DNA of 64,000 bases from an uncultured Phycisphaerales bacterium (GTDB lineage: Bacteria > Planctomycetota > Phycisphaerae > Tepidisphaerales > Tepidisphaeraceae), in assembly GCA_963844715.1 (NCBI GenBank), contig CAWJPJ010000007.1:1120001-1184000 (forward strand), in the 5' to 3' direction. This document shows, in pieces, positions 31,726 to 42,074 of the stretch. Position 1 is the stretch's first letter, and each line of letters begins with the position of its first letter. The notes below the pieces were generated by a model that saw nothing but the letters and a program-made list of their open reading frames with translations, ran no database searches and had not been told where the DNA came from. The position numbers were made by a program, and so were the translations under genes.

Positions 31726-33022
31726 GTGAATCTCGACGACACCATCATCGCGATCTCCTCCGCGGTCGGATCATCAGCAAGAATCATCCTCCGCACCAGC
31801 GGCCCCCACACAGATAGGATCCTCGAAAGTCTCGGTTGTCCCGCGACGCCCGTCCCCTGCGAGCGCAATAAAATCCACCTAAAAAATATCAGCTTCCCCG
31901 CCTCGATCTGGAAATTCTCCGCCCCCCACAGCTATACCGGCCAGGACATGGCCGAGTTCCATATCCCCGGCAATCCCCTCCTCGCCCGGCTGCTCATGGA
32001 ACGCGCCATAGAACTCGGCGCCCGTCCCGCCGACCCCGGCGAATTCACCGCCCGCGCCTATTTCAACAACAAACTCGATCTCACCCAGGCCGAGGGCGTC
32101 GCCGCCTCCATCTCCGCGCGCTCCGCCGCCGAGCTCGCCGCCGCCCGCCAGCTCCTCTCCGGCCAGCTCGCCCGCCGTCTCCGCCCCATCATGGACAACC
32201 TCGCCGACACCGCCGCCCTCGTCGAAGTCGGCATCGACTTCTCCGAAGAAGACGTCCAATTCCTCTCCCACTCCCAAATCGAAAACCGCCTCGCCAAAAT
32301 CAACCAGGCGATCGACGATCTGTTGCGCGAAAGTTCCCGCTTCGAAAACCTCTCCCACGAGCCGACAATCGTCCTCTGCGGCCCCCCCAACGCCGGCAAA
32401 AGCACGCTCGCCAACGCCCTGGCCGGCCAACTCCGCTCCATCGTCTCCCCCGTCGCCGGCACCACCCGCGACATTCTCGCCGCCGAAGTCTTCCTCCCCC
32501 GAGGAAAAATCCGCCTCCTGGACATCGCCGGCATCGAGACCCCCGCAAGCGGCGAGATCGCCCGTCAGATGCAACACCAAGCCCAATCCGCAATCGCCCA
32601 GGCCGACCTGATCGTCAGCGTCAAAGAAATATCCGACGATTCCCCAACCACTCTCCCGCGCCACCCAGACCTCTGCGTAAGAACCAAAGCCGACCTGCAC
32701 CCCAAATTGCTCGCCCCCACCAACGAACTCCTCATCACGCGCCCTAACCGGCCATAACCTCGACCGCCTCCGCACCGAACTGGATCGCCTAGCCTTCGGC
32801 TCCAATTCCCCCCAATCCAAACTCGCCCTGACCGCCCGTCATCTCGCCGCCATCGAAGAAGCCCGCCGCTCCCTGACCGACGCCAGCAAACACACCGAGT
32901 CCCCCGAACTCCTGGCCGCCGACCTCCGCGCAAGCCTCGACTCCCTGGGCGACATCCTGGGCCTGATCACCCCCGACGATGTCCTAGGCCGAATCTTCTC
33001 CACCTTCTGCATCGGAAAATAA
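31726..33022 (+). CDS. mnmE: tRNA modification GTPase MnmE (frameshift ~32740)
   Basis: DTIIAIS, PHSYTGQD, PGEFTARAY, GPPNAGKST, GTTRD, C-terminal FCIGK. Confidence 0.92.
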
Positions 33023-33256
33023 TCCCCGCTACCCGCGCCATCCCTCCGCCCCCAGACCCCATTGCGAAAAGGGTCCCGATTCACCCACCAGGCCAGCCAG
33101 ATGCCCTCGCATCGGCCACGCCTTCTCCTATTCGAGCCAGCGAATCCCCTCGCCACGAACAATACCCCGACCCGCCTCCTCCCAATCCCCCTCACATTCA
33201 ACACGCCTTGCAACCCGCGCCCCCCAAACCTACCTTCTCACACAACTAAGAAACCC

Positions 33257-36018
33257 ATGCCCCAACCTCCACCCCAGGAAGAAGCCAAAAAATCCCCCGC
33301 GCCGCGCCGCAGACCAACCCCGCCCCGGCTTTCCCGCCTGATTCCAATCGCGCACCCGCCCCCGCGCAAACTCCTAATCCCGCGCAAGATTCCCTCCCCG
33401 GCCTAACCCCCGCCATGCGCCAATACCACCAGTTCAAATCCCAATACCCAGGCTACGTCCTCTTCTTCCGCATGGGCGACTTCTACGAAATGTTCTGGGA
33501 AGACGCCAAACTCGCCGCCAAAGTCCTCGGCGTATCCCTCACCACGCCGTTCCCGCGGCGGCCTCGATTCCCAGGACGCCATCCCCATGGCCGGCGTCCC
33601 CTTCCACGCCGTCGACAACTACCTCCGCCGCATGATCGCCGCCGGCCACAAAGTCGCCATCTGCGAACAAGCCGAAGACCCCGCCCAGGCCAAAGGCGTC
33701 ATCCGCCGCGAAGTCGTCCGCCTCATGACCCCCGGCACCCTCACCGACGATTCTCTCCTGGACGGCGAATCCGACCAACTATCTCGCCGCCGTCGCCTCC
33801 GGCGTCACCCAAGCCGACGGCTACCGCACCTCCCTCGCCTGGGTCGAACTCTCCACCGGCGCCTGCGCCGCCATCAGCGGCCGACCAATGCCAGATCCTC
33901 GACGAAATCGCCCGCCTCAAGCCCGCCGAAATCCTCGTTCCCGAACTCGCCACCGGCCAGCCCCACGACCTCGCCACGCGCCATCGAACAACTCGGCCCC
34001 TTCTCCGTCACCGCCCGCCCCGGCTGGCAGTTCTCCGCCCACCACGCCAAGGAACAGCTCCGCGAACAGTGGCAAATCTCCACCGCCGCCGGTCTCGGCT
34101 TCTCCGACGACGACCCCGCTCTCCCCGCCGCCGCGGCTCTCCTCACCTATCTCCAGGAAACCCAGAAAACCGCCCTCGCCCACATTCGCCCCATGCGCCG
34201 CCACATCGTCGAAGATCATCTCTCCATCGACCCCGCAAGTTGGCGCAGCCTCGAAATCGAACGCACCGTCCGCTCCGGCGGAACCGACGGCTCCCTCTTC
34301 GATTCCATCGACCGCACCCGCACTTCCATGGGCGCCCGCCTCCTCCACGAATGGCTTCGCTACCCCCTGGCCGAAGTCGAACACATCCAGGCCCGCCAAT
34401 CCGCCATCGCCGCGCTCCTCGCTTCGCCCGATGACCTCCGCGCGATCGCCGACCAACTCGACGACGTCTGCGACATCGAGCGCATCGTCGGCCGCATCGC
34501 CGTCGCCCGCGTCAGCCCGCGCGATCTCGCCGCCCTCTCCCGCTGCCTCGCCACCCTCCCCAATCTCCTCGACCGCCTCAGCTCCCTCCCCGCATCTGCC
34601 GAAGTCGCCCCCGAACTCACCCGCATGCGCCCCTTTTTGCGCCGAGCAGGCAAAATTTCTTTCCAGCGCCATCCGCCCCGACCCCGCCCCCCATCTCCGC
34701 GAAGGCGGCGTCATCGCCCCCGCCTTCGACCCCGAACTAGACCGCCTCCGCCAGATCGGAACCAACAGCCACAAATGGCTAGCCGAATTTCCAAGCCCGC
34801 CTCGCCACCGAATCCGGCATCCCCACCCTGAAAGTCGGCTTCAATAAAATCTTCGGCTACTACATCGAAGTCACCGACTCTCATCGCCAAAAAGTCCCCG
34901 CCGCCTGGACCCGCAAACAGACCGTCAAAAACGCCGAGCGCTATATCACCGAAGAACTCAAAACCTTCGAAACCGAAGCCCTCACCGCCCAGGAGCGCGC
35001 CGTCGAACTCGAGCAGCAGCTCTTCGAACAAATTCGCGTCGCCCTTCTCGCCCACGTCGCCCCCTTCGCCGAACTCGCCCAGGGCCTGGCCCGTCTCGAT
35101 TGCCTGAGCGCCCTGGCCAACCTCGCCGCCGAGCGCCGCTATTGCCGCCCCGAAATCACCACCACCCGCACCCTCGAAATCATCGAAGGCCGCCACCCCG
35201 TCCTCGAGCAGCAACTCAACAGCGAATTCGTCGCCAACGACGCCCGCTTCGCCGGCGAAGACGCCGTCCTGCTCATCACCGGCCCCAACATGGCCGGAAA
35301 ATCCACCTTCATCCGCCAGGTCGCCCTCATCACCATCCTCTCCCAGATCGGCAGCTACGTCCCCGCCAAATCCGCCCGCATCGGCATCGCCGACCGTCTC
35401 TTCGCCCGCATCGGCGCCAGCGACGAAATCCACGGCGGACAATCCACCTTCATGGTCGAAATGGTCGAAACCGCCAACATCCTCAACAACGCCACCGAAA
35501 AAAGCCTCGTCATCCTCGACGAAATCGGCCGCGGCACCAGCACCCTGGACGGCCTGAGTCTCGCCTGGGCCATAGCCGAACACCTCGCCCTCGTCGTCCG
35601 CCCCCGCACCCTCTTCGCCACCCATTACCACGAACTAACGGATTTAGCCGACCGCTTCAAAGCCGTGCGGAACCTAAACGTCGCGGTCAGAGAATGGGAA
35701 GACCAGGTCATCTTCCTACACAGAATCGTAGAAGGCGGCACAGACCGCTCCTACGGCATCCACGTCGCCCGCCTAGCCGGCGTCCCCTCCGAAGTCCTCC
35801 ACCGCTCCCGCCAACTCCTCAGCGAACTAACCGTCCACCACGTAGCCAGCCCCAAACTCTTCCGCAAACAAACCGCCCACGACCCAGACCAGCTCCATCT
35901 GTTCGTAGACCCCGCAAGAGAAGTAGCGACCGAACTGGCCGCCGCAGATTTAGAAAAACTCTCGCCTATCCAGGCGTTTGATTTGCTGCGGAAGCTGCAA
36001 GAAAAAATGAAAAAGTAA
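33257..36018 (+). CDS. mutS: DNA mismatch repair protein MutS (several frameshifts; start uncertain)
   Basis: [72 protein letters not shown]. Confidence 0.95.
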
Positions 36019-36096
36019 CCCCCGCTGCGCGGTTCTCGGTCCAATCCCCCTCTTCACACCTTCACACCTTCAAACTCTTCACACCTCCACCCCACC

Positions 36097-36150
36097 CCGC
36101 TCCAGGCCTTCGATCTGCTCCGCAAGTTGCAGGGAAAAATGAAGAAGTAA
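36097..36150 (+). repeat. Displaced duplicate of the mutS 3' end ([17 protein letters not shown])
   Basis: CCGCTCCAGGCCTTCGATCTGCTCCGCAAGTTGCAGGGAAAAATGAAGAAGTAA versus mutS 35965-36018; preceded by a CTTCACAC array. Confidence 0.88.
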
Positions 36151-36168
36151 CCCGCGCTCCAGCTTTTT

Positions 36169-36208
36169 CCCCCTCTCCATGTAGTCAGGGAGAGGGCAGG
36201 GGTGAGGG
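36169..36208 (+). repeat. CCCTCTCC repeat family copy
   Basis: CCCCCTCTCCATGTAGTCAGGGAGAGGGCAGGGGTGAGGG. Confidence 0.8.
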
Positions 36209-36540
36209 TTCTTTGTCCCCCGCCATTTAGCGGCCCGTGCGCAGCACCGCCGTCCCTCCCCCGTCGAAATTCGATCCCCTCCGGGAGTTGCCGGAGAAGC
36301 CCGGGTATGCGTCGAAACCGGCCAGCAGTTCTTCTCTCCCCAGACCGTCGAACGCATTCACGCCATCATCCGCGGCAAAGGCAAGCCCGCAAGAACAATG
36401 CAAACCCCCGTCTACGAATTCGCGGCGTAGCCACGCGCGCTCTCCCTCCGTCAATCGCACCCTTCACACCTTCACACCTCCAAACCCTTCACACCTTCAC
36501 ACCCTTCACACCTCCAAACCCTTCACACCTCCAACCCGCC

Positions 36541-36593
36541 CCGCTTCAAGCATTCGATCTCCTGCGCAAGTTGCAAGAAAAATGAGGAAGTGA
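36541..36593 (+). repeat. Second displaced duplicate of the mutS 3' end ([14 protein letters not shown]..)
   Basis: CCGCTTCAAGCATTCGATCTCCTGCGCAAGTTGCAAGAAAAATGAGGAAGTGA; preceded by a CTTCACAC array at 36460-36530. Confidence 0.88.
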
Positions 36594-36716
36594 CTCCCGC
36601 TTCCGCCGGTGATAGCATGATCGCTTCCAAGCAACCCCACGCCCCCCGGGGCGTATCCAAACGCGCTGGTCAAACGCGCCAGTCGAACGCAGTAGTCAAA
36701 TTCGCCGGTGGCCCAA

Positions 36717-37896
36717 ATGCGAACGCAGTGGACAAAAATACTCATCTGCATGTCGCTCGCGACCGGCTTGATCGGCCTACCGCCAGCCGCCCACGCGGCC
36801 GACGACACCGCTCGCTTCCTTGGCTCCTGGATCGCCACCCTTCCCTACAACGGCCAGACCATTTCCATCGTCTCAATCCACGACGCCGGCGGATTCAAAA
36901 ATTACCTGCTCCTTCCCAACGGCGCCCTGCCGTTCGGCGCCGGGACATTTTCCGCCACCGACGGCAAATGGGCCACCAACGCCCCAGCGCCCAATGATTC
37001 CGGAACCTATCAATTCGCCAATGACAACTCCGTCAGTTGCACCAATTCCACCGGCAGCCTTCTGGTTTGGAATCGATACAACGCTCCCCTCCCGCCGGTC
37101 ATTGCTCCTTCACCAGCCCCAGCGCCCGCCCCCGCCCCCGCGCCGCCTTCGGCGCCCGACTACCAGCAAGAGATGGCCCAGTACCGCAAGGCCGCGGGCG
37201 CCGGAGATGCCTCCGCCATGGACAACATCGGCGAACTCTATCTCTACGGCCAGGGCGTCCCGCAGGATTACCAGCAAGCCATGGTCTGGTTTCGCAAAGG
37301 CGCCGACCTCGGCAACGCCGCCGCCATGTGCGATATCGGCTACCTCTACGAAAGAGGCCTGGGCGTCCCCCAGGATTACGCGCAAGCCATGACCTGGTAT
37401 CAAAAGTCCTCCGCGGCCGGCAGCGCAATCGGCACCTGCAATGTCGGCGAGCTATATTCCGCCGGCTCCGGCGTCCCCAGGGATTACCAGCAGGCGATGA
37501 CCTGGTACAAAAAAGCCGCCGCCGCCGGCAACGCCACAGCCATGTACGACATCGGCTTGCTCTACGAAAACGCCCGCGGCGTCCCGCAGGATGACGTGCA
37601 AGCCGCCTCTTGGTTCAGCAAAGCCGTCGCCGCCGGCAGCACCCCAGCCGCTTGCGAGCTGGGATACTTCTACGGCGTCGGCCGAGGCGTTCCCCTCGAT
37701 TATCAGCGCCTCCATGCAACTCGCTCTCGTCGCCGCCAACGCCGGCAATTCCACAGCCATGTTCAACGTCGCCAAGATGTATTGGTACGGCCAAGGCGTC
37801 CCGGTCGACCAAACCACCGCCATCCAATGGTGCCGAAAATCCGCCGCAGCCGGCGATTCCGATGCTCAGAGTTGGTTGAACGCAACGGGGAACTAG
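36717..37896 (+). CDS. Exported Sel1-repeat protein (frameshift ~37705)
   Basis: Signal peptide ending AHA; PAPA linker; repeats AMxxIGxLYxxGxGVPQDYxQAMxWYxK. Confidence 0.9.
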
Positions 37897-38014
37897 AACG
37901 AACTCCGCCGCGATCTTAGAGCAATCTGCACGAACAAGCGGCGATTCTCGGGCATTCCCCCTCCGCCGGTCCTCCGCTAGTTTCGGCACGACGGGAACCG
38001 GTCCTTCCCTCTTT

Positions 38015-38054
38015 CCCCCTCCCTCGGTACTCCGGGGGAGGGCTGGGGAGGGGG
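38015..38054 (+). repeat. CCCTCTCC repeat family copy
   Basis: CCCCCTCCCTCGGTACTCCGGGGGAGGGCTGGGGAGGGGG. Confidence 0.75.
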
Positions 38055-38087
38055 CCTCTGAGTGCGGCTGATGATCCATTCTGATCC

Positions 38088-38137
38088 TTGCCCTCCCAAT
38101 AACCGATACGTATGATATAATTTGGATAACACGTATC
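38088..38137 (+). promoter_or_regulatory. TA operon promoter with inverted-repeat operator
   Basis: TTGCCC (38088-38093), 17 bp, TATGAT (38111-38116); inverted repeat GATACGT (38105) / ACGTATC (38131). Confidence 0.65.
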
Positions 38138-38149
38138 AGGAGCCCCAGT

Positions 38150-38398
38150 ATGAAAAAGCTAACCCTCACCGCCGAGCCTGAAGTCATCGACATGGCCAAA
38201 AAGCTTGCCGAAGCCCGTGGCACCAGCGTCTCCGGCATGTTCAGCCAGCTCATCCGCGCCATGGGCACCCCACACGCCCGCCGATCCACCCCCATCGGCT
38301 CGATCACCAAACGCCTCACCGGCATCGCACGCCCCCCGCGCCGCAAAACCGACCGGCGCCTTCTCGAAGACGCCCTTATCCAGAGATTTGCCCGATGA
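38150..38398 (+). CDS. Ribbon-helix-helix antitoxin (DUF6364-like)
   Basis: KKLTLTAEPEVIDMAKKLAEARGTSVSGMF; ATGA overlap with the PIN gene. Confidence 0.8.
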   Translation: MKKLTLTAEPEVIDMAKKLAEARGTSVSGMFSQLIRAMGTPHARRSTPIGSITKRLTGIARPPRRKTDRRLLEDALIQRFAR

Positions 38399-38815
38399 GC
38401 GAGATCATTTTCCTGGATACCAACGTCCTCCTCGACGTACTACTCGCCCGCGAGCCGTTCCTCCAGCACTCCCAGCGCCTCTGGTCCCTCGCCGAACGCG
38501 GCCGCATCCAAGCCGCCGTCTCCGCCGTCAGCTTCCTCAATGTTTACTACATCGTCCGCCGCCTCGCCTCCCGCCCCCAGGCCGACCGCGCCGTCCGCGG
38601 CTTGCGCCATCTTCCAGATCGTCCCCGTCGACCGCGAAATCATCGATCAAGCCATCGAGTTCCGCTCCGCCGACTTCGAGGACGCCGTCCAGCACGCCTG
38701 CGCTGTCCGCGCCGGAGCCGTCTGCATCGTCACCCGCGACGAACGCCATTTCTCCCGCTCCAACATCCCCGCCATGGCCCCCGACGCCTTCCTCGCCAAA
38801 ATCGACTCCGAATAA
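38395..38815 (+). CDS. PIN-domain (VapC-like) toxin (frameshift ~38605)
   Basis: IFLDTNVLLD, DFEDAVQ, IVTRD..F acidic PIN motifs. Confidence 0.85.
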
Positions 38816-38999
38816 ACGCCCGCGCCAATAGTTGGGGGCGCGTGCTCAGCACCGCGCGTCCAAAATTTAGCCCGCCAAAACGCCGAGAGCCGAAGCTGAA
38901 ATCCATCAAAACGCCAACCGCACACCGGCTAAAGGGTCGTTCCGAGCATTTCACCAGGCATTTAAAGCTAACCCCCAAAGCAGCATCTCAGCGGCCAAT

Positions 39000-40563
39000 T
39001 TACGATCCACTCTGGCTACGGGGAACTCCAAGGCGGTCATAAAGTTCCCCCTCTTTTTTAAAAAGCATCGAGTCGCCATACCTACGCCCGGAAAGCCGGG
39101 CGGCGTTGTCGAGGACCGTGTTGTAGTGCGCGGTGAGAGCGTGTCTAAAGAAACTTGGGACGTCCAGGACACCACCGGATAGATGAACCTGAGCCCACTC
39201 CAAGTCGTCGAGGGACAAGATCGTCCAATCTATATCGTGCATCGCCGCTGGCAGATCCGCCCTCAGAAATTCCTTGAAGGGCACACTTCCCGACAAATAG
39301 GTTGGCTCAAGAGTGACCACAACGGGTATGAACTCCTTGCATCTTGCAAGTCGCTCAAGGCCCTTCATTTTTCCTGCCGCCGCAGATCGAAATTCGAACA
39401 CCTGTATCAATCCGTCCCTGATAGCCCTCAGGCTTTCCTCGAGCTTATCTTCGCGACCGGTTGCATAAACGATCCGATGGATTCTCGCGATCTTGACCTC
39501 GACCAAAACCGCGGTTTTCCCTTCGAGCAATACAAAATCCGGAATTTTGCCCGCGCTCGTGGGGTAGGTTTGTCGAATCTCGTCCTCCGATATTACGTGG
39601 CCGTCGGGAACGCAATTGCGCAGTAAACGACCAACATACAAAGTAAGTAAATGGCCAAAGTATTCGTCGAACGAATCCCTCCACCGCATGTGCATGTCGT
39701 AATAGACCCCGCTGGTCAACCGATAAAGAAGCAAATCTGGTAAGGGAGCGATCATCCGATCAAACTCCATCCGTGCCCCTATTTCCAGAGGCCATGGCCG
39801 AATGAGAGGGAAGACCATTAAAGAGTTGAAGTCGTATGCCGCGTAGTCGCGGCATTGTTGCTGCAGCTTACTGGAACGCCTCGCGTGTTCAGAGCTATCG
39901 GCGGCGAAATTTCTAAGCACCGCTTGTACGGTATCATCGTCGGCAACCGCCAATCCGACCTCCCTTGCCCTTTTGAAGTAGGTTCGCGCGAACCCGAGTT
40001 GGTTGCCGCTCCTAGCTGCCGCATACGCCACGAGCCCTACGTTGATGAAGTCTGTGACGTCCGTTCCAGTCAGATCTCTAAATCGGGCAGCAAAATCGAA
40101 GGGGGGCACGTGCTTCATTCCCAGCAGCTGCATGGGCAAGTCGTTGTACATTATTTGAGTGCGCCCCAATTTGCCGCAAGGATTAATCACATAGGGGAAT
40201 TGGTTGCCAGCGTGGCGCAGCATGATCGATAAGGTAGATCTCGGAACATCGTCGCTCCAAGCCACCGGGTCAGCATGCGCAAATTTGGCAGCCAAGTTTA
40301 GTATCGGACTCAGTTCGCCTGGCGCGATTGGCGTCGCATTCTCAGTCATAGGCCCCGGGATTCCATATCGTGTGATAAAGCGGGCCGCGGTTCCCACTAC
40401 ATGCGGGGGAATTCCAGTCGCTGTCTCAGGCGAGTAGGCGGGCAGTGCCGCGCACCGCCAGAAGCAATCCATCCAACTGATATCGTCGCACCTCTCGCGC
40501 AATTCGCTCCTCTAATTCAACGAGCTCCGCCAAGCTCCCGATCTCCATTTTAGCCATCGTCAT
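39000..40563 (-). CDS. Hypothetical protein with C-terminal PD-(D/E)XK nuclease-like motif (frameshift ~40440)
   Basis: Long ORF of lower GC and no host skew; KIPDFVLLEGKTAVLVEVK; upstream frame MTMAKMEIGSLAELVELEERIAREVRRY. Confidence 0.65.
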
Positions 40564-41434
40564 TACAGGCTCGATTCCGTCGTCAGCCGCGCGGCGCTAA
40601 TGAGCAAACTGTGCAATAAATCGTTTGCGGGGGATCCATCTAAGTCAAACCAGTCACCCGGGCAAGACCGATCAGGTCCGATGTGACCCGAGACAAGGAC
40701 GAGTTTGCTCTCCCGGCGGACTGCGCATCTCGAAGGAAGCCGTCGATGGCGGAAACGAGCCGACCCAAGGGCCTCGGCTGCCGGACAGCACAAGGGAAGC
40801 GGCAGTCCCCCAACCCCCTCAAATCCAACCCCACCCGACCAACAACGAATTCCGCAATCCCCCACTGGCCCCCGCCCGCCGCGCCGGCCAACCATTCCCC
40901 CATTCGGTCATTCAGTCATTCGGGTTTGATTCGGAATTCGGATTTCTGATTTCACCCCCATCCGTGGCCAACCCAGTCTTTTGAGTTTTCAGCATTTAAC
41001 CCAACAAAAAAATCCGCGCCCATCCTCCCCATCCGTGGTCAAAAACGAATTTGTTCAACCCCAGAAATCTGTGTGAATCCGGTCCCCATCTGTGGCAAAT
41101 ACAGTCTTTTGAGCTTTCAGCGTTCACAATCTGGCAACTGACAACGAGCAACTAATTCCAATCTGTGTCCATCTGTCCCCCATCTGCGGCCAAAAACCCC
41201 GCATGAATCCGTGGCCAAAAAAGTCTGTTGAATGTAAATCAAACTCCCCCTCCTGCCCTGAGCTACGTCGAAGGGAAGTCCCCAGCAGCATCAAGAGTGT
41301 AACCTTTTGTCAGCTTCTGTCCCTTGGTCCGGCGGACCAACCCTGCCCGTCGCGAGCGCAGTCGAACGGAGGGAACTCGAAGGGCCTTACCCAAATCCCC
41401 ATCCACATCAAAAGTGTTACCTTTTGTCGGAAAC

Positions 41435-42064
41435 TTATTTCTCCGGCGCAGAATTCTCCCCCGACGTCGGCGGATTTTCCATCGGCGGCTGCTTCCGCCT
41501 CGACATCGAAACCCTCAACGTCTCCATCAATCTCGGTATATGCGGCGGCGACATGAAGATCCGCGCCGACACCGCCGCCGTGGGATAGAAGTCGGTCAGG
41601 AAGTCGATGAAGAACTCGGCCGGCGAGTGTCCCATCCGCACGTTGTTCGCGTACGCCCCGTTCAGCATCTCCTCCGGCAGCTTGAAGTTCTCATAAATCT
41701 CCGCGATCGTCGGCCGCCGTGCCGGCGGCTTCGGCAATTGCGGCGGGGCCCCGAACGCCTGCGTGTACTTGCTCAAGTTGTCCTCCACCACCGCCAAAAG
41801 CTTCTGCATCATCACCGGCGGCACCACCACCCGCGCGACGAACTGATACGGCCGAACCACCCCCTGCACAAAATCCAGCACATACTCATTCGGCGTATCC
41901 AGCACCACCAAGCCCGTGCTCGTCACCCCGCGCGTCACCCGATCCAAAACCCGCGCCGAAACAGGCTGATGCTGAACCTGCTGCGTATACGCACTGGAAT
42001 CATTCGGCGAAGGTTGCGCCGGCTGCGACCCCGGATCAGGCGATTGCGGTGGTTCATTTTCCAT
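41435..42064 (-). CDS. Tandem DUF3467-like domain protein
   Basis: Two repeats: GVTSTG..NEYVLDF..ARVVVPP and GAYANN..AEFFIDF..ARIFMSP. Confidence 0.75.
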   Translation of the reverse strand: MENEPPQSPDPGSQPAQPSPNDSSAYTQQVQHQPVSARVLDRVTRGVTSTGLVVLDTPNEYVLDFVQGVVRPYQFVARVVVPPVMMQKLLAVVEDNLSKYTQAFGAPPQLPKPPARRPTIAEIYENFKLPEEMLNGAYANNVRMGHSPAEFFIDFLTDFYPTAAVSARIFMSPPHIPRLMETLRVSMSRRKQPPMENPPTSGENSAPEK

Positions 42065-42074
42065 AAGTGTTGCC

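Noticed and set aside
35965..36593. Diversity-generating retroelement TR/VR pair
   Set aside because: Differences between copies are not confined to adenines and are mostly synonymous; no reverse transcriptase in the window
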